In this document: positions 7,917-19,000 of the stretch, one piece after another
Numbering within the stretch: position 1 is the first letter of the stretch
Layout of the letters: every line of letters begins with the position of its first letter
Source of the DNA: Patescibacteria group bacterium
GTDB taxonomy: Bacteria; Patescibacteriota; Minisyncoccia; Minisyncoccales; UBA5738
Reading direction: 5' to 3'
NCBI GenBank assembly: GCA_022710775.1
Contig: JAKLGH010000004.1
Coordinates: 9,277-73,276 of the forward strand
Length of the DNA: 64,000 bases
Program-made: the position numbers and the translations under genes
The notes under the pieces: generated by a model
Seen by the model: only the letters and a program-made list of their open reading frames with translations
Told to the model about the DNA's origin: nothing
Databases searched by the model: none

Positions 7917-8327
7917 ATGCCTACGATTCACCAATTGATTAAAAGAAGGAGAAAAAGCAAAACCAAAGGGAAAAAATCCCCGGCTTTGACGTTTGGTTTC
8001 AATGTGCTGAAGAACCGGCCGAAAGATTATTCGTCGCCGCTGAAACGCGGGATCTGCGTGAAGGTGTTTACCAGTACTCCGAAAAAGCCGAATTCGGCGT
8101 TGCGCAAGGTTGCCAGGGTGAAATTAACTAACGGCATGGAAGTTACCGCTTATATACCGGGCGAAGGACACAATCTCCAGGAACATTCGATCGTTGTTAT
8201 CCGCGGCGGAAGGGTCAAAGATCTTCCGGGTGTTAGGTATCATATCGTCCGCGGGCTGCTTGATACGGCTGGAGTTGATAAAAGAAAGCAGGAAAGGTCA
8301 AAGTACGGAACCAAAAGAAAGAAATAA
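7917..8327 (+). CDS. rpsL: 30S ribosomal protein S12
   Basis: 136 aa: PTIHQLIKR..., [13 protein letters not shown]. First gene of the str-like cluster. Confidence 0.92.
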   Translation: MPTIHQLIKRRRKSKTKGKKSPALTFGFNVLKNRPKDYSSPLKRGICVKVFTSTPKKPNSALRKVARVKLTNGMEVTAYIPGEGHNLQEHSIVVIRGGRVKDLPGVRYHIVRGLLDTAGVDKRKQERSKYGTKRKK

Positions 8328-8363
8328 TCCTAGATATCAAATTTAAGATAAGGCAATAAAGAA

Positions 8364-8831
8364 ATGTCTCGCAAAAAAATCACCAAAAGAGAAATAGCCC
8401 CGGATGCCGTTTACGACAACGTTATCATCGCTAAATTCATTAATCAAATAATGAAAAAGGGCAAAAAAAACACAGCCAAAAAGGTTGTGTACGGGGCTTT
8501 GGATATCATTAAAGAAAAAACCCAGAAGGATCCGATCGAAGTTTTTGAGCTGGCATTGAACAATGCGCGGCCTTTATTGGAGGTTAAATCCCAAAGGATC
8601 GGCGGCGCGACCTATCAGGTTCCCAAACCAGTCGTTAAAGAGCGCGGAATGGCTTTGGCGGTAAGATGGCTTCTTGAATCGGCCCGCAAGAAAAAAGGGC
8701 AGCCCATGAGGGAAAAATTGGCCGAAGAATTCATCAACGCCGCTAACAACACCGGCGTGGCGGTAAAGAAGAAAGAAGATACGCACCGTATGGCTGAAGC
8801 CAACAGAGCCTTTGCCCATTTCAAGTTCTAA
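8364..8831 (+). CDS. rpsG: 30S ribosomal protein S7
   Basis: 155 aa with S7-like sequence, positioned between rpsL and fusA. Confidence 0.92.
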   Translation: MSRKKITKREIAPDAVYDNVIIAKFINQIMKKGKKNTAKKVVYGALDIIKEKTQKDPIEVFELALNNARPLLEVKSQRIGGATYQVPKPVVKERGMALAVRWLLESARKKKGQPMREKLAEEFINAANNTGVAVKKKEDTHRMAEANRAFAHFKF

Positions 8832-8842
8832 AATTGAATTCC

Positions 8843-8880
8843 AACGCTAAAGACGCGTAAGGTCTTTAGCGTTTTAGTTT
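8843..8880 (+). terminator. Strong hairpin plus U-tract between rpsG and fusA (terminator or attenuator)
   Basis: 12-bp stem aacgctaaagac/gtctttagcgtt with a 7-nt loop, followed by TTTAGTTT. Confidence 0.5.
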
Positions 8881-9014
8881 CCAGGCCGCGTTAAATGCGG
8901 TTAATGAAACCAAGGATCCAAAGCGTAAGCCTATCAGTCTAGCGCTGCAAAATTATTGAACTTCGAATTTAAAGAACGAATAACCGCAATTATTCCTATA
9001 AATACTATAAATAT

Positions 9015-11123
9015 ATGTCACGTTTAGCCCCAATCGAAAAATATCGCAATTTTGGAGTGATTGCCCATATCGATGCCGGAAAGACAACCACCTCGGAGAG
9101 AATTCTTTTCTATACCGGCCTTTCGCATAAGATCGGCGAAGTTCATGAAGGCGCGGCGATCATGGATTGGATGGAGCAGGAAAGGGAAAGGGGCATAACC
9201 ATTACATCGGCGGCTACGACCTGTTTCTGGTCTCCGGGAGAGTATCTTACCAAGACAAAGACCAACGAGCACCGCATGAATATCATTGATACTCCGGGCC
9301 ACATTGATTTTACGGCCGAGGTACAGCGGTCTTTGCGCGTGTTGGACGGAGCGGTCGTTGTGTTTGACGGAGTGGCGGGCGTCCAGCCGCAATCCGAAAC
9401 AGTTTGGCGCCAAGCGGACAAATTTTTTGTTCCGCGGATGTGTTTCGTCAATAAGATGGACCGGACCGGAGCTAGCTTTGAGAACAGCTTGAATTCAATT
9501 TGGAAAAAACTTACTCCGAATGCCATTGCCGTCAATATACCGATCGGCGAGGAAAGCAACTTGAGCGGCGTTATCGATCTGGTTAAAATGAAGGCGCTGC
9601 GTTTCAACGGCAAGAACGGCGAGGATGTGGCGGAAGAAGAAATTCCAGCCGATCTTCTGGATTTGGCCCAGGAATGGAGGAATAAAATGCTGGATAAGGT
9701 CGCGGCGGAAGACGAACTTTTATTAAACAAATATTTAAGCGGAGAAGAGATCAGCCCGGATGAAATCCGCGCAGTTCTAAGGAAAGCTACTATCGGCAAT
9801 AAGCTGGTTCCGGTATTTTTCGGATCATCGTTAAAGAATACGGGCGTCCAACCGGTTCTTGACGGAGTTTGTTATTACTTGCCCCATCCTTTAGATTTGC
9901 CTCCTGTTGTGGGAACCGATCCTAAAACCGAGGAAAAAATCGAGCGCCGCGCGTCCGATGACGAGCCTTTTACTGCTTTGGCATTCAAAGTGGCTGCCGA
10001 TCCTTATGTTGGGACATTGACTTTCTTCCGCGTTTATTCAGGTACGTTAAATAAAGGATCCTACGTTTTAAACACGACCACCGGAGAAAAGGAAAGGATA
10101 GGACGTATCCTCCGCATGTATTCCAATGACCGTAAGGAAATTGACGATGTATGCGCCGGGGACATTGCCGCAACCGTCGGCTTAAAGAATACTTCAACCG
10201 GCCATACTTTATGCGACGAAACCAAGCCGATCGTATTGGAAAAGATCACTTTCCCGGAACCGGTCATTTCCATCAGGGTCGAGCCTAAAACCAAAGCCGA
10301 TCAGGAAAAAATGGGCCTGGCGCTTAAAAAACTATCCGAAGAGGATCCTACGTTCCGCGTTGAGAGCAATGAGGAAACCAGCGAAACTATCATTTCAGGC
10401 ATGGGCGAACTTCACTTGGACATTCTGTGCGATCGGATGAAACGCGAATTTAAAGTTGAAGCCAACGTGGGACGTCCGCAGGTGGCCTATCGTGAAACTA
10501 TCAAGATTATGGCGGAAGCCCAGGGTAAATTCATCAAGCAATCGGGCGGCCGCGGCCAGTACGGCGACGTTTGGGTTAAGGTTGAGCCTAAAGAGCAGGG
10601 AACCGGTTTTGAATTCGTGGATGAGATTAAAGGCGGCGTGATTCCAAAAGAATACATCAATCCGACCAAGAAAGGAATTGAAGAAGCCTTGGCGAAAGGC
10701 GTTGTTGCCGGATATCCGATGGTGGATGTAAAGGCGACGCTTTACGATGGTTCGTTCCACGAAGTTGATTCGTCGGAAATGGCTTTTAAGATCGCCGGAT
10801 CGATGGCTTTGCAGGCAGCGGCTAAAAAAGCATCTCCGATAATTCTTGAGCCGATCATGAAGTTGGAAGTTACGTGCCCGGAGGAATTCTTTGGCGACGT
10901 TATTGGCGATCTGTCATCGCGGCGCGGGAAGATCGAGGATTCGCTTGACCAGATGGGCATGAAAATCATTAATGTAAAAGTGCCGCTGGCGGAAATGTTC
11001 GGATACGCAACCAACTTGAGGTCGCTTACGGAAGGACGGGGAACGTCAACGATGGAATTTGACCATTATGAGGAAGTTCCCGGGAATATTACCAAAGAGA
11101 TTATTGAAGGAAAAAGAAAATAA
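9015..11123 (+). CDS. fusA: Elongation factor G
   Basis: 702 aa. [10 protein letters not shown]1 motif, DTPGHIDF, and EF-G domain order. Confidence 0.95.
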   Translation: MSRLAPIEKYRNFGVIAHIDAGKTTTSERILFYTGLSHKIGEVHEGAAIMDWMEQERERGITITSAATTCFWSPGEYLTKTKTNEHRMNIIDTPGHIDFTAEVQRSLRVLDGAVVVFDGVAGVQPQSETVWRQADKFFVPRMCFVNKMDRTGASFENSLNSIWKKLTPNAIAVNIPIGEESNLSGVIDLVKMKALRFNGKNGEDVAEEEIPADLLDLAQEWRNKMLDKVAAEDELLLNKYLSGEEISPDEIRAVLRKATIGNKLVPVFFGSSLKNTGVQPVLDGVCYYLPHPLDLPPVVGTDPKTEEKIERRASDDEPFTALAFKVAADPYVGTLTFFRVYSGTLNKGSYVLNTTTGEKERIGRILRMYSNDRKEIDDVCAGDIAATVGLKNTSTGHTLCDETKPIVLEKITFPEPVISIRVEPKTKADQEKMGLALKKLSEEDPTFRVESNEETSETIISGMGELHLDILCDRMKREFKVEANVGRPQVAYRETIKIMAEAQGKFIKQSGGRGQYGDVWVKVEPKEQGTGFEFVDEIKGGVIPKEYINPTKKGIEEALAKGVVAGYPMVDVKATLYDGSFHEVDSSEMAFKIAGSMALQAAAKKASPIILEPIMKLEVTCPEEFFGDVIGDLSSRRGKIEDSLDQMGMKIINVKVPLAEMFGYATNLRSLTEGRGTSTMEFDHYEEVPGNITKEIIEGKRK

Positions 11124-11382
11124 CAAGAAATGAAAATTAGACCGGTGGAAAACAAGGTATTTCGCGGAAGATTGCTACGGATTCCAGATATAAATCCGCG
11201 ATAAACCAGGCAAAGAGTTGACTTTTTTCCAAAAATGAATAATATATATTGTATAATGAATTCTTGTTGTTTTTGATCTTATCAGATTTTATGCTTCGAA
11301 AACATTAGCGTTTAAAAGGATACCGGCGAATTAAATATTAAATTTAAATCGTAATTAAAAAAGTTAAAATAAAAGAAAAAAT

Positions 11383-12582
11383 ATGGCAGAAAAAGAAAAG
11401 TTCGTGAGAGGCAAATCTCACTTAAACATCGGTACCATCGGCCACGTTGACCATGGCAAAACCACGTTGAGCGCGGCTATTTTGCACGCTTTGAAGCTGA
11501 ACGGCATGAAGGCTTCGGAGAAGTCCGTTGACCAGATCGATGCCGCCCCCGAAGAGAAACAACGCGGCATCACCATTAATATTGCCCATTTGGAATACGA
11601 AACGGAAAAAAGGCACTATGCCCATATCGATTGCCCGGGACACGCCGATTATATCAAGAACATGATTACCGGCGCCGCGCAGATGGACGGCGCTATCTTG
11701 GTTGTTTCCGCGCCTGACGGTCCGATGCCGCAGACCCGCGAACACATTCTTTTAGCCTACCAGGTCGGACTTCCGGCTATGGTTGTTTTTCTAAACAAAG
11801 TTGATCAGGTTGACGACCCTGAAATTATTGATTTGGTCGAGTCCGAGGTTCGGGAACTTTTGAAGAAATACAAATTCCCCGGAGACGAAGTGCCTGTTGT
11901 TCGAGGTTCCGCTTTGAAAGCGTTGGAGGGTAAGACAGCCGATGACCCTGCGGTTAAACCGATTTTAGAATTGATGCAGAAAGTTGATGAATATTTCCCC
12001 GAACCCGCCCGCGAGACCGACAAACCGTTCTTGATGGCCGTTGAAGATGTTTTCTCCATTGCCGGCCGCGGCACCGTTGCTACCGGCAGGATTGAAAGAG
12101 GCGTTATTAAATCTAACGAAGAAGTGGAGCTGGTTGGCATCAAGCCCAATACCAAAACTACGGTTGTTTCGATCGAAATGTTCCAGAAAATCCTTGATGA
12201 AGGAAGGGCCGGGGATAACGTCGGTATTTTGTTGCGAGGTTTAAAGAAAGAGGAAGTGGAAAGAGGGCAGGTTTTAGCCAAAACTGGTTCCATAACTCCC
12301 CATACCGAATTCCAATCGGAGGTTTACATTCTTACCAAGGAAGAAGGCGGCCGCCATACACCGTTCTTTACCGGTTATAAGCCCCAGTTTTTCGTCAGGA
12401 CTTGCGATGTTACCGGGGAGGTGACATTAGACGCCGGCGTGGAAATGGTGATGCCGGGAGACACGGTCAAGTTTAATGTCAAATTGATCTCTCCGATCGC
12501 ATTGGAGGAAAAACAAAGATTTGCCATCAGAGAAGGCGGAAAAACCGTAGGCGCCGGCGTGGTAACTAAGATCGTAAAATAA
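11383..12582 (+). CDS. tuf: Elongation factor Tu
   Basis: 399 aa. [21 protein letters not shown]. Confidence 0.95.
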   Translation: MAEKEKFVRGKSHLNIGTIGHVDHGKTTLSAAILHALKLNGMKASEKSVDQIDAAPEEKQRGITINIAHLEYETEKRHYAHIDCPGHADYIKNMITGAAQMDGAILVVSAPDGPMPQTREHILLAYQVGLPAMVVFLNKVDQVDDPEIIDLVESEVRELLKKYKFPGDEVPVVRGSALKALEGKTADDPAVKPILELMQKVDEYFPEPARETDKPFLMAVEDVFSIAGRGTVATGRIERGVIKSNEEVELVGIKPNTKTTVVSIEMFQKILDEGRAGDNVGILLRGLKKEEVERGQVLAKTGSITPHTEFQSEVYILTKEEGGRHTPFFTGYKPQFFVRTCDVTGEVTLDAGVEMVMPGDTVKFNVKLISPIALEEKQRFAIREGGKTVGAGVVTKIVK

Positions 12583-12640
12583 TAACGAAAAAAGGAATTA
12601 AATTATTCCAAAAAACGACTAATTGGAATTCTATAGAAAG

Positions 12641-12994
12641 ATGGCACCCACGACAACAAAGAAAAAAAATCAGGATTCAAAAGACGAGGCAAAGCAAAAG
12701 CTCAGGATCAGGTTGCGCGCCTATGATCACAAAGTGATCGACAGCTCGACCAAGCAAATCATCGAAACGATAGCTCGGTATGGCGTAGAAGTACTGGGTC
12801 CGGTTCCGTTGCCGATTGAAATCCATAAATATACCGTAAACCGGTCGTCATTCGTACATAAGGATGCGAGAGAACAATTCGAAATCAGGATACACAAACG
12901 GCTGCTGGATATATTGAACCCCAATCCAAAAGTGATTGAAGCGTTAAGAAATCTTACTTTACCGGCAGGGGTGGATATTGAAATTAAAATGTAG
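12641..12994 (+). CDS. rpsJ: 30S ribosomal protein S10
   Basis: [16 protein letters not shown] core. In-frame ATG at 12641 preferred to the track TTG at 12623. Short K-rich N-terminal extension. Confidence 0.9.
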   Translation: MAPTTTKKKNQDSKDEAKQKLRIRLRAYDHKVIDSSTKQIIETIARYGVEVLGPVPLPIEIHKYTVNRSSFVHKDAREQFEIRIHKRLLDILNPNPKVIEALRNLTLPAGVDIEIKM

Positions 12995-13158
12995 CTTGGT
13001 GCCATCAAAAGAGGCTAGCGGCAAGCGGCGGTATTGCCAAAATTGATAATTTATTGTAAGATATTGATGTTAAAGATAAAAAAATAACATACGCCAATAG
13101 TCATGGTTGAGACCGGGCTATGCCCGGTTTTCAATTGAGTAAAGAAAACTATCCGATC

Positions 13159-13770
13159 ATGAAATTCATATTAGGAAAAAAAATAGGAATGTCGCAGATA
13201 TTCGACGAGAAGGGAAGGGTAGTTCCTGTGACTTTGGTTGAGGCTGGCCCCTGCAAGGTTGCGCAGATCAAGACTAAAGAAAAGGATAGTTACTCGGCCG
13301 TCCAGCTTGCGTTCCAGGAATTGAAGGCTAAGAAGGTTAAGAAGACCCAAAACGGAAAACCTTTCCGTTATTTGAAGGAATACCGCCTTGTTAACGAAGA
13401 TTGCGCACTAAACACCGGAGATAGCATCGATGTGAGCGTTTTTGAAGTCGGTGATATTGTCAAGGTTGCCGGTCTCACCAAAGGCAAAGGCTTTCAAGGA
13501 GCGGTGAAACGGCACGGTTTTGCCGGCAGGGCTTCCGCGACGCATGGCCAGAAACACGAACTTAGAACCATAGGTTCGGTTGGCTGTTCCAACCCGGATC
13601 ATGTAATCAAAGGCAAGAAAATGCCGGGACGCATGGGATTCGAACGCGTAACTGTGAGAAACGCGAAGATTGTCAAGATTGACAAAGATAAAAACATTAT
13701 AGCGATCCGGGGAGCGGTTCCGGGCGGGAAAGGGACATTTGTTGAGATAAAGGGAAAGAAAACCGCATAA
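13159..13770 (+). CDS. rplC: 50S ribosomal protein L3
   Basis: MKFILGKKIGMSQIFDEKG N-terminus. In-frame ATG at 13159 preferred to the track start at 13120. Confidence 0.9.
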   Translation: MKFILGKKIGMSQIFDEKGRVVPVTLVEAGPCKVAQIKTKEKDSYSAVQLAFQELKAKKVKKTQNGKPFRYLKEYRLVNEDCALNTGDSIDVSVFEVGDIVKVAGLTKGKGFQGAVKRHGFAGRASATHGQKHELRTIGSVGCSNPDHVIKGKKMPGRMGFERVTVRNAKIVKIDKDKNIIAIRGAVPGGKGTFVEIKGKKTA

Positions 13771-13811
13771 TCAAACCAATACAGCGCTTAAGCAAGCGAA
13801 ATATTAATAAT

Positions 13812-14495
13812 ATGTTGGCCAAGACTTACAACCAAAAAGGCGAGGAAGTGGGGAAAACACAGTTACCCAAGGCGGTTTTTGAAGTAAAAATAAATCCGGA
13901 TCTTATATATCAGGTTGTAACAAGCCAGCTTTCCAATCAGAGACAAAGTATTGCCCATACCAAAGATCGGAGCGAGGTAAGCGGCGGCGGAAAGAAACCG
14001 TGGAAACAGAAGGGTACGGGCAGAGCGCGCCACGGTTCGACCAGATCGCCCATTTGGCGGCATGGCGGAGTGGCATTTGGACCCAGAAACGAAAAAAACT
14101 TCGAACGCAAGATCAACAAAAAAATGAATCGCTTGGCTTTAAAGATGGTGCTGACAGCTAAGGCGCAGGGTAATTTTCTTTTAGTAGTGGATAATTTTGA
14201 TCTGCCGGAAGTGAAAACCAAGATTTTAGCTGCCAGCCTAAAGGCCATCCGGGAGAAAGCGGAGGGAGCTGCAAAAGGAACTATGCTGATTGCCCTGCCA
14301 AAATACGACCGCAAATTCTATTTGGCAGCGAGGAATCTTAAAGGGGTGAAAACGATCGAGGCCGCGAAATTGAATTCATTGGACTTGTTATCGTCTAAAT
14401 TTTTGATGCTTTCAAAGGATGCGATCGGAACCATCAAGGAAACATTCGCGAAAAACGAAGAAGGATCCGAGGCTGATAAAAAAGAGAAAGAATAA
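13812..14495 (+). CDS. rplD: 50S ribosomal protein L4
   Basis: 227 aa in the S10-operon position, with a GGGKKPWKQKGTGRAR motif. Confidence 0.9.
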   Translation: MLAKTYNQKGEEVGKTQLPKAVFEVKINPDLIYQVVTSQLSNQRQSIAHTKDRSEVSGGGKKPWKQKGTGRARHGSTRSPIWRHGGVAFGPRNEKNFERKINKKMNRLALKMVLTAKAQGNFLLVVDNFDLPEVKTKILAASLKAIREKAEGAAKGTMLIALPKYDRKFYLAARNLKGVKTIEAAKLNSLDLLSSKFLMLSKDAIGTIKETFAKNEEGSEADKKEKE

Positions 14496-14519
14496 CGATC
14501 CGCTTGACGGTTAACGTAT

Positions 14520-14960
14520 ATGGCAATCACTAATATTTTCAACAAAAAGGAAGAAGGAAAGAATACAAATCTTGGATCCAATCCGGCAAAAAGCGCGGCG
14601 AAGGTTAAAAATGCCAAAAAAAAGATGGTGTCCGCGGCTAAAAATCCAGAAAAAACAATCGTTGCCGCCAAAGATAATGCCAGCGTTTACCGGATCATCA
14701 GAAATCCCCATATTACTGAAAAGGCCACTAGGCTTGCCGAGATCAACCAATACGTTTTTAAAGTATTCGATAATATCAATAAAGATATGATCAAGAAGGC
14801 CGTCGAAGATTATTACGGCGTGAAGGTCGTGGCGGTAAGAATGGTCAACATTCATTCAAGGAAAAAGAGGCGCGGGAAAGGGGTTGCGATAAAACAGGGC
14901 TATAAAAAAGCGATTGTGGCCGTTGCCAAAGGACAAACGATCGAGGTTCTTCCCAGGTAG
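14520..14960 (+). CDS. rplW: 50S ribosomal protein L23 (long N-terminal extension)
   Basis: 146 aa. The L23 core begins near RIIRNPHITEK. About 50-aa K/A-rich leader. Confidence 0.85.
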   Translation: MAITNIFNKKEEGKNTNLGSNPAKSAAKVKNAKKKMVSAAKNPEKTIVAAKDNASVYRIIRNPHITEKATRLAEINQYVFKVFDNINKDMIKKAVEDYYGVKVVAVRMVNIHSRKKRRGKGVAIKQGYKKAIVAVAKGQTIEVLPR

Positions 14961-14996
14961 TTAAAATGCCTGCCCAAAAATATTTAGAAATCCAAC

Positions 14997-15767
14997 ATGA
15001 AAACCATATTGTCGAAAAACAAACCGCATAAAGGATTGCTTGCTCCGCTAAAAACCACCGCCGGAAGGAATTTTTCAGGCCGGATTACCGTGCGCCATCG
15101 CGGCGGAGGAGTTAAGAGGATGTACCGGATTGTTGATTTCGGCCAGGAGAAAATGGGCGTTAAAGGCAAGGTTGCGAGATTGGAATACGATCCGAACCGC
15201 ACAGCCTATCTGGCGTTTGTCGAATACGAAGACGGCAGCAAGAGATATATTCTGGCCGCCAATAACATCAAGGCGGGAGATGACATTATTTGCGCTGAAA
15301 GCGGCGAGATCAGAATCGGAAACAGGATGATGCTGAAAAATATTCCTGTCGGTATCGAGGTTTTTAATATTGAACTGGTGCCTAACAAAGGCGGTCAGGT
15401 TGTAAGATCGGCCGGCTCGGTAGCGCGCGTTATGGCGCACGAAGGAAAATTTATTCAATTGGAAATGCCTTCCAAAGAGATTAGGAGAGTTCCAGCTGAA
15501 TGTTTTGCTTCAATTGGCCAGGTTTCGCATCCGGAATACCGTTTCGAGATATTCGGAAAGGCGGGAACCAGCCGCAGGAAGGGCTGGAGGCCGGCGGTGC
15601 GCGGATCAGCAATGAATCCGCCAGACCATCCGCATGGCGGCGGGGAAGGCAGGACCGGAATCGGTTTGAAACATCCCAAGACCCCCTGGGGAAAACCGGC
15701 TATGGGCGTTCGTACCAGGAAGAAGAGGTGGACCGACAAGCTGATAATCAGAAGAAGAAAAAAGTAG
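14997..15767 (+). CDS. rplB: 50S ribosomal protein L2
   Basis: 256 aa. RHRGGGVKR and PPDHPHGGGEG motifs. Confidence 0.92.
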   Translation: MKTILSKNKPHKGLLAPLKTTAGRNFSGRITVRHRGGGVKRMYRIVDFGQEKMGVKGKVARLEYDPNRTAYLAFVEYEDGSKRYILAANNIKAGDDIICAESGEIRIGNRMMLKNIPVGIEVFNIELVPNKGGQVVRSAGSVARVMAHEGKFIQLEMPSKEIRRVPAECFASIGQVSHPEYRFEIFGKAGTSRRKGWRPAVRGSAMNPPDHPHGGGEGRTGIGLKHPKTPWGKPAMGVRTRKKRWTDKLIIRRRKK

Positions 15768-15817
15768 AAACCGGCGGAAAATAATTTAAAAAATTCTTAA
15801 GAAAACAAAGTAAAATT

Positions 15818-16150
15818 ATGGCAAGAAGTCTAAAAAAAGGACCTTTCGTGGACGAAAAATTGATCATAAAAATGAGGAAGGCCGGAAAGACGTTGGTCAA
15901 AACCTGGTCTCGAAGATGCACGATCGTTCCCGAAATGGCCGGCTACACTTTCGGAGTCCATAACGGAAAAGAATTTATTTCCGTCAAAGTGACTGAAGAT
16001 ATGGTTGGACACAAGCTGGGAGAATTTTCTCCGAGCACAAAATTCCATCGCCATGGCGGAAAGATGCAGCGTGATTTAGAAGCTAAGGTAGCGACCGGAG
16101 CGTCTTCGCCCGCGTCAGCGGCAGGAGCGAAGGCGAGACCAGCGAAATAA
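15818..16150 (+). CDS. rpsS: 30S ribosomal protein S19
   Basis: [13 protein letters not shown]-terminus with an A/S-rich C-terminal tail. Confidence 0.92.
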   Translation: MARSLKKGPFVDEKLIIKMRKAGKTLVKTWSRRCTIVPEMAGYTFGVHNGKEFISVKVTEDMVGHKLGEFSPSTKFHRHGGKMQRDLEAKVATGASSPASAAGAKARPAK

Positions 16151-16174
16151 TCGGGAAATTTCTAAAGAAAAAAT

Positions 16175-16603
16175 ATGGCAATCAGCGCACAAATTAAATA
16201 CTTGAGGATATCCCCCAGAAAAGTCAGAATGGTGGCGGATTTGATCAGATACAAACCGGTTAGCGAAGCCGAGGCGATTTTGAAATTCACGGCCAAGAAA
16301 GCAAGCAGGCCCATACTGAAATTATTAGAGTCTTCGATTGCCAATGCCAAAAATAATTTTAAAAAAGACGCTTCTAAGTTATATATTTCCAGCATTAAAG
16401 TGGATGGCGGTCCCATATTGAAAAGAAGCATGCCCCGGTTGCGCGGAACTGCCTTTGCTATTCAAAAAAAGACTTCCCATATAACGATTGTTCTGGAAGA
16501 AACGGGCGTAGGAGCCCAGAAAAAGGTTGCAAAAGAGGTGAGGAAGGATGCAGGAACGAGCCCGAAAAAAACCAAGAAATCGGAGGTTCCGATCGCAAAA
16601 TAA
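16175..16603 (+). CDS. rplV: 50S ribosomal protein L22
   Basis: 142 aa. LRISPRKVRMVADLIR motif and a K-rich C-terminal tail. Confidence 0.9.
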   Translation: MAISAQIKYLRISPRKVRMVADLIRYKPVSEAEAILKFTAKKASRPILKLLESSIANAKNNFKKDASKLYISSIKVDGGPILKRSMPRLRGTAFAIQKKTSHITIVLEETGVGAQKKVAKEVRKDAGTSPKKTKKSEVPIAK

Positions 16604-16615
16604 TTCAATAAGACC

Positions 16616-17263
16616 ATGGCACACAAGGTTCATCCCAAAGCATTTCGGATCAAAGGCATAGCGAACTGGTATTCGCGCGGTTTTTACGAAAAAAATTTCC
16701 CCAGCATGCTGGAGGAAGATTATAAGATCCGGACTTTTTTGCAGAAAAGGCTGGCCAAGATCGGAATATCGGAGATTGAGATCGAAAGATACGCCAACAA
16801 GCTGAATATCCTTATTTTCTGCGTCAGGCCCGGTTTGATCATCGGCCGCCAAGGGCAGGGTATAGAAGAGCTGAAGAAAAAACTTGAAAAAGAGATTTTT
16901 AAAGGTAAAAAAACAGGACACGACTTGCGCGTAGAAATCCGGGAGATCACGAACCCTTGGGCATCAGCGGAATACGTCGGCCAATCGGTTGCCGTCCAGA
17001 TCGAAAAGAGAATGCCATATTTGAAGATTTTAAAACAAAGTTTGGAAAAGATCATGGCTTCCAAAGAGGTTGGAGGGGCAAGGATTCAGGTTTCAGGCAG
17101 GCTTAATGGCGTAGAAATTGCCAGAACCGCTTGGCTGTCGAAAGGAAGATTGCCGCGCCAGACGATCAGAGCCGATATCAATTACGCTCTTACGGAAGCG
17201 CATTGCACTTATGGAAAGATCGGCATCAAGGTTTGGATATTCAAAGGGGAAAAAATATCCTAG
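16616..17263 (+). CDS. rpsC: 30S ribosomal protein S3
   Basis: MAHKVHPKAFR N-terminus. KH and S3-C layout. Confidence 0.92.
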   Translation: MAHKVHPKAFRIKGIANWYSRGFYEKNFPSMLEEDYKIRTFLQKRLAKIGISEIEIERYANKLNILIFCVRPGLIIGRQGQGIEELKKKLEKEIFKGKKTGHDLRVEIREITNPWASAEYVGQSVAVQIEKRMPYLKILKQSLEKIMASKEVGGARIQVSGRLNGVEIARTAWLSKGRLPRQTIRADINYALTEAHCTYGKIGIKVWIFKGEKIS

Positions 17264-17291
17264 AAATCGAGTCAGACACTAAAACAAATCC

Positions 17292-17708
17292 ATGTCAATT
17301 TTAATGCCAAAAAAAGTAAAGCACCGGAAATGGCAACGGGGCAAGAACAAGGGAACAGAATCAAGAGGAACGGAACTGAACTTCGGAAGTTACGGTTTGA
17401 AATCGCTTGATTACTACCGGATATCTTCTCGCCAGATTGAAGCGGCCAGAAGGGCTATTTTGAGATATCTGAAGAAGGGTGGAAAGCTTTGGATCAGGGT
17501 TTTTCCTGATCGGCCGGTTACCAAAAAAGGCGATGAAGTTCCTTTGGGCGGAGGCAAGGGATATGTCGACCATTATGTGTTCCAAGCTCGTCCCGGCAGA
17601 GTATTATTCGAACTGGAAGGCGTAAAGGAAGAGTTGGCCAAGGAAGCTTTGGAGAAAGCCGGAGACAAGCTTGGGCTGAAAACGAAATTTGTCACAAAAG
17701 ATATTTAG
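17292..17708 (+). CDS. rplP: 50S ribosomal protein L16
   Basis: LMPKKVKHRKWQRG N-terminus. 138 aa. Confidence 0.92.
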   Translation: MSILMPKKVKHRKWQRGKNKGTESRGTELNFGSYGLKSLDYYRISSRQIEAARRAILRYLKKGGKLWIRVFPDRPVTKKGDEVPLGGGKGYVDHYVFQARPGRVLFELEGVKEELAKEALEKAGDKLGLKTKFVTKDI

Positions 17709-17746
17709 CATTCGAAGTCATTGACATTGATTTAGATACAAAAAAA

Positions 17747-17959
17747 ATGAAAACGAAAGAGATCAGGCAAACAAACATATCGGAATTGCAAAAACTTTTA
17801 AAGGACAAGAAAAGCAAGCTGGGAAGTTTGAATTTTGACCTGGTTGGCGGGAAGGTCAAAAACATCAAAGAAATGCGCGAAGCGAGAAAAGACATAGCCA
17901 AGATCTTAACGGTTTTAAAAGAAAACGAGACCTCTTCGTCTAAAGCGAAGCAGAAATAA
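17747..17959 (+). CDS. rpmC: 50S ribosomal protein L29
   Basis: 70 aa between rplP and rpsQ. KELRQ-like N-terminus. Confidence 0.85.
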   Translation: MKTKEIRQTNISELQKLLKDKKSKLGSLNFDLVGGKVKNIKEMREARKDIAKILTVLKENETSSSKAKQK

Positions 17960-18011
17960 GAACGGCCGACGCAAAAAACCAACCTAAATTTATATAAGAA
18001 ACAAGAATTTT

Positions 18012-18263
18012 ATGAAAAACCAATTAATCGGAAAAGTCGTATCGGACAAAATGCAAAAAACGGTGGTTGTTTGCGTCCAAAGGCTGAAACAGCATCCTAA
18101 ATATTTCAAACGGTTTAAGATAAACAAGAATTACAAAGCGCACGATGAAAAAAAGGAATATAAGGTCGGAGACGTCGTCATGATCGAAGAGTGCAAGCCG
18201 ATTTCGAAAGATAAGACTTGGAAAGTTTTGAAAAAGATTACGGAAAACAAAACGGAGAAATAG
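18012..18263 (+). CDS. rpsQ: 30S ribosomal protein S17
   Basis: 83 aa: GKVVSDKMQKTVVV...HPKY. Confidence 0.9.
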   Translation: MKNQLIGKVVSDKMQKTVVVCVQRLKQHPKYFKRFKINKNYKAHDEKKEYKVGDVVMIEECKPISKDKTWKVLKKITENKTEK

Positions 18264-18289
18264 CCGTTAAGGAAATTTATTTCATTCAT

Positions 18290-18661
18290 ATGATCCAATT
18301 GAGAACAATGTTAAAAGTGGCCGATAACAGCGGAGCGAAAACAGTCCAGTGTTTTCACGTTCTTCACGGAATAAGAAGGCGGTATGCCAGGGTGGGCGAT
18401 GTTGTTAACGCCGCGGTTAAGGAGGCTGAACCCAGGAAATTGGTCAAAAAACACGAAAAGGTCCGCGTGGTGATAATCAGGCAAAGGAAGGAATTTAAGC
18501 GAGCTGACGGCACTTATGTGCGTTTTGACGACAACGCGTGCGTGGTTTTGGAAGGAAAGACCATGGAACCGAAGGGCGGAAGGATATTCGGTCCGGTCGC
18601 CAAAGAATTGAAAGAAAAAGGTTTTGACAAGGTCGCGGCTTTGGCGGAAGAATTGGTATAG
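18290..18661 (+). CDS. rplN: 50S ribosomal protein L14
   Basis: MIQLRTMLKVADNSGAK N-terminus. In-frame ATG at 18290 gives 123 aa. The track ORF is 5'-extended. Confidence 0.92.
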   Translation: MIQLRTMLKVADNSGAKTVQCFHVLHGIRRRYARVGDVVNAAVKEAEPRKLVKKHEKVRVVIIRQRKEFKRADGTYVRFDDNACVVLEGKTMEPKGGRIFGPVAKELKEKGFDKVAALAEELV

Positions 18662-18674
18662 TAATCTTAAGAAT

Positions 18675-18992
18675 ATGAAAATCAAAAAAGGCGACAAAGT
18701 TTTAATCATTGCCGGAAAGGACCGCAACAAAACGGGCAAAGTGATCAAGGTTAACCCGGATAAGGGGCAGGTTGTAGTGGAAAACGTCAATATAGCGAAA
18801 AAGCACCAGCGCTCGCGCAAACAAGGCCAAAAAGGGCAGATTGTAAGTTTGCCGAAACCGTTAGACGCGTCAAACGTCAAGATCATCTGTACCAAATGCG
18901 GCAAGGCTACCCGCGTCGGTCATGAAATATCCGTTAAAGAAGGAGCGCGCCAGAGTTTCAGGGTATGCAAGAAATGCCAGGCGGAAATTTAA
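18675..18992 (+). CDS. rplX: 50S ribosomal protein L24 (C-terminal CxxC...CxxC)
   Basis: MKIKKGDKVLIIAGKDRNKTGKV KOW N-terminus. In-frame ATG at 18675 gives 105 aa. Confidence 0.9.
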   Translation: MKIKKGDKVLIIAGKDRNKTGKVIKVNPDKGQVVVENVNIAKKHQRSRKQGQKGQIVSLPKPLDASNVKIICTKCGKATRVGHEISVKEGARQSFRVCKKCQAEI

Positions 18993-19000
18993 TCAATGCT

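Noticed and set aside
9024-12293. Long antisense or alternative-frame ORFs inside fusA and tuf (e.g. 9143-9799 -, 11805-12293 -)
   Set aside because: These are shadow ORFs within highly conserved genes. Their composition is S/P/A/R-rich and unlike real proteins, and they have no independent signals. The same reasoning applies to similar ORFs opposite secY, the rpl/rps genes, alaS, gatA, mreB and the ABC genes.
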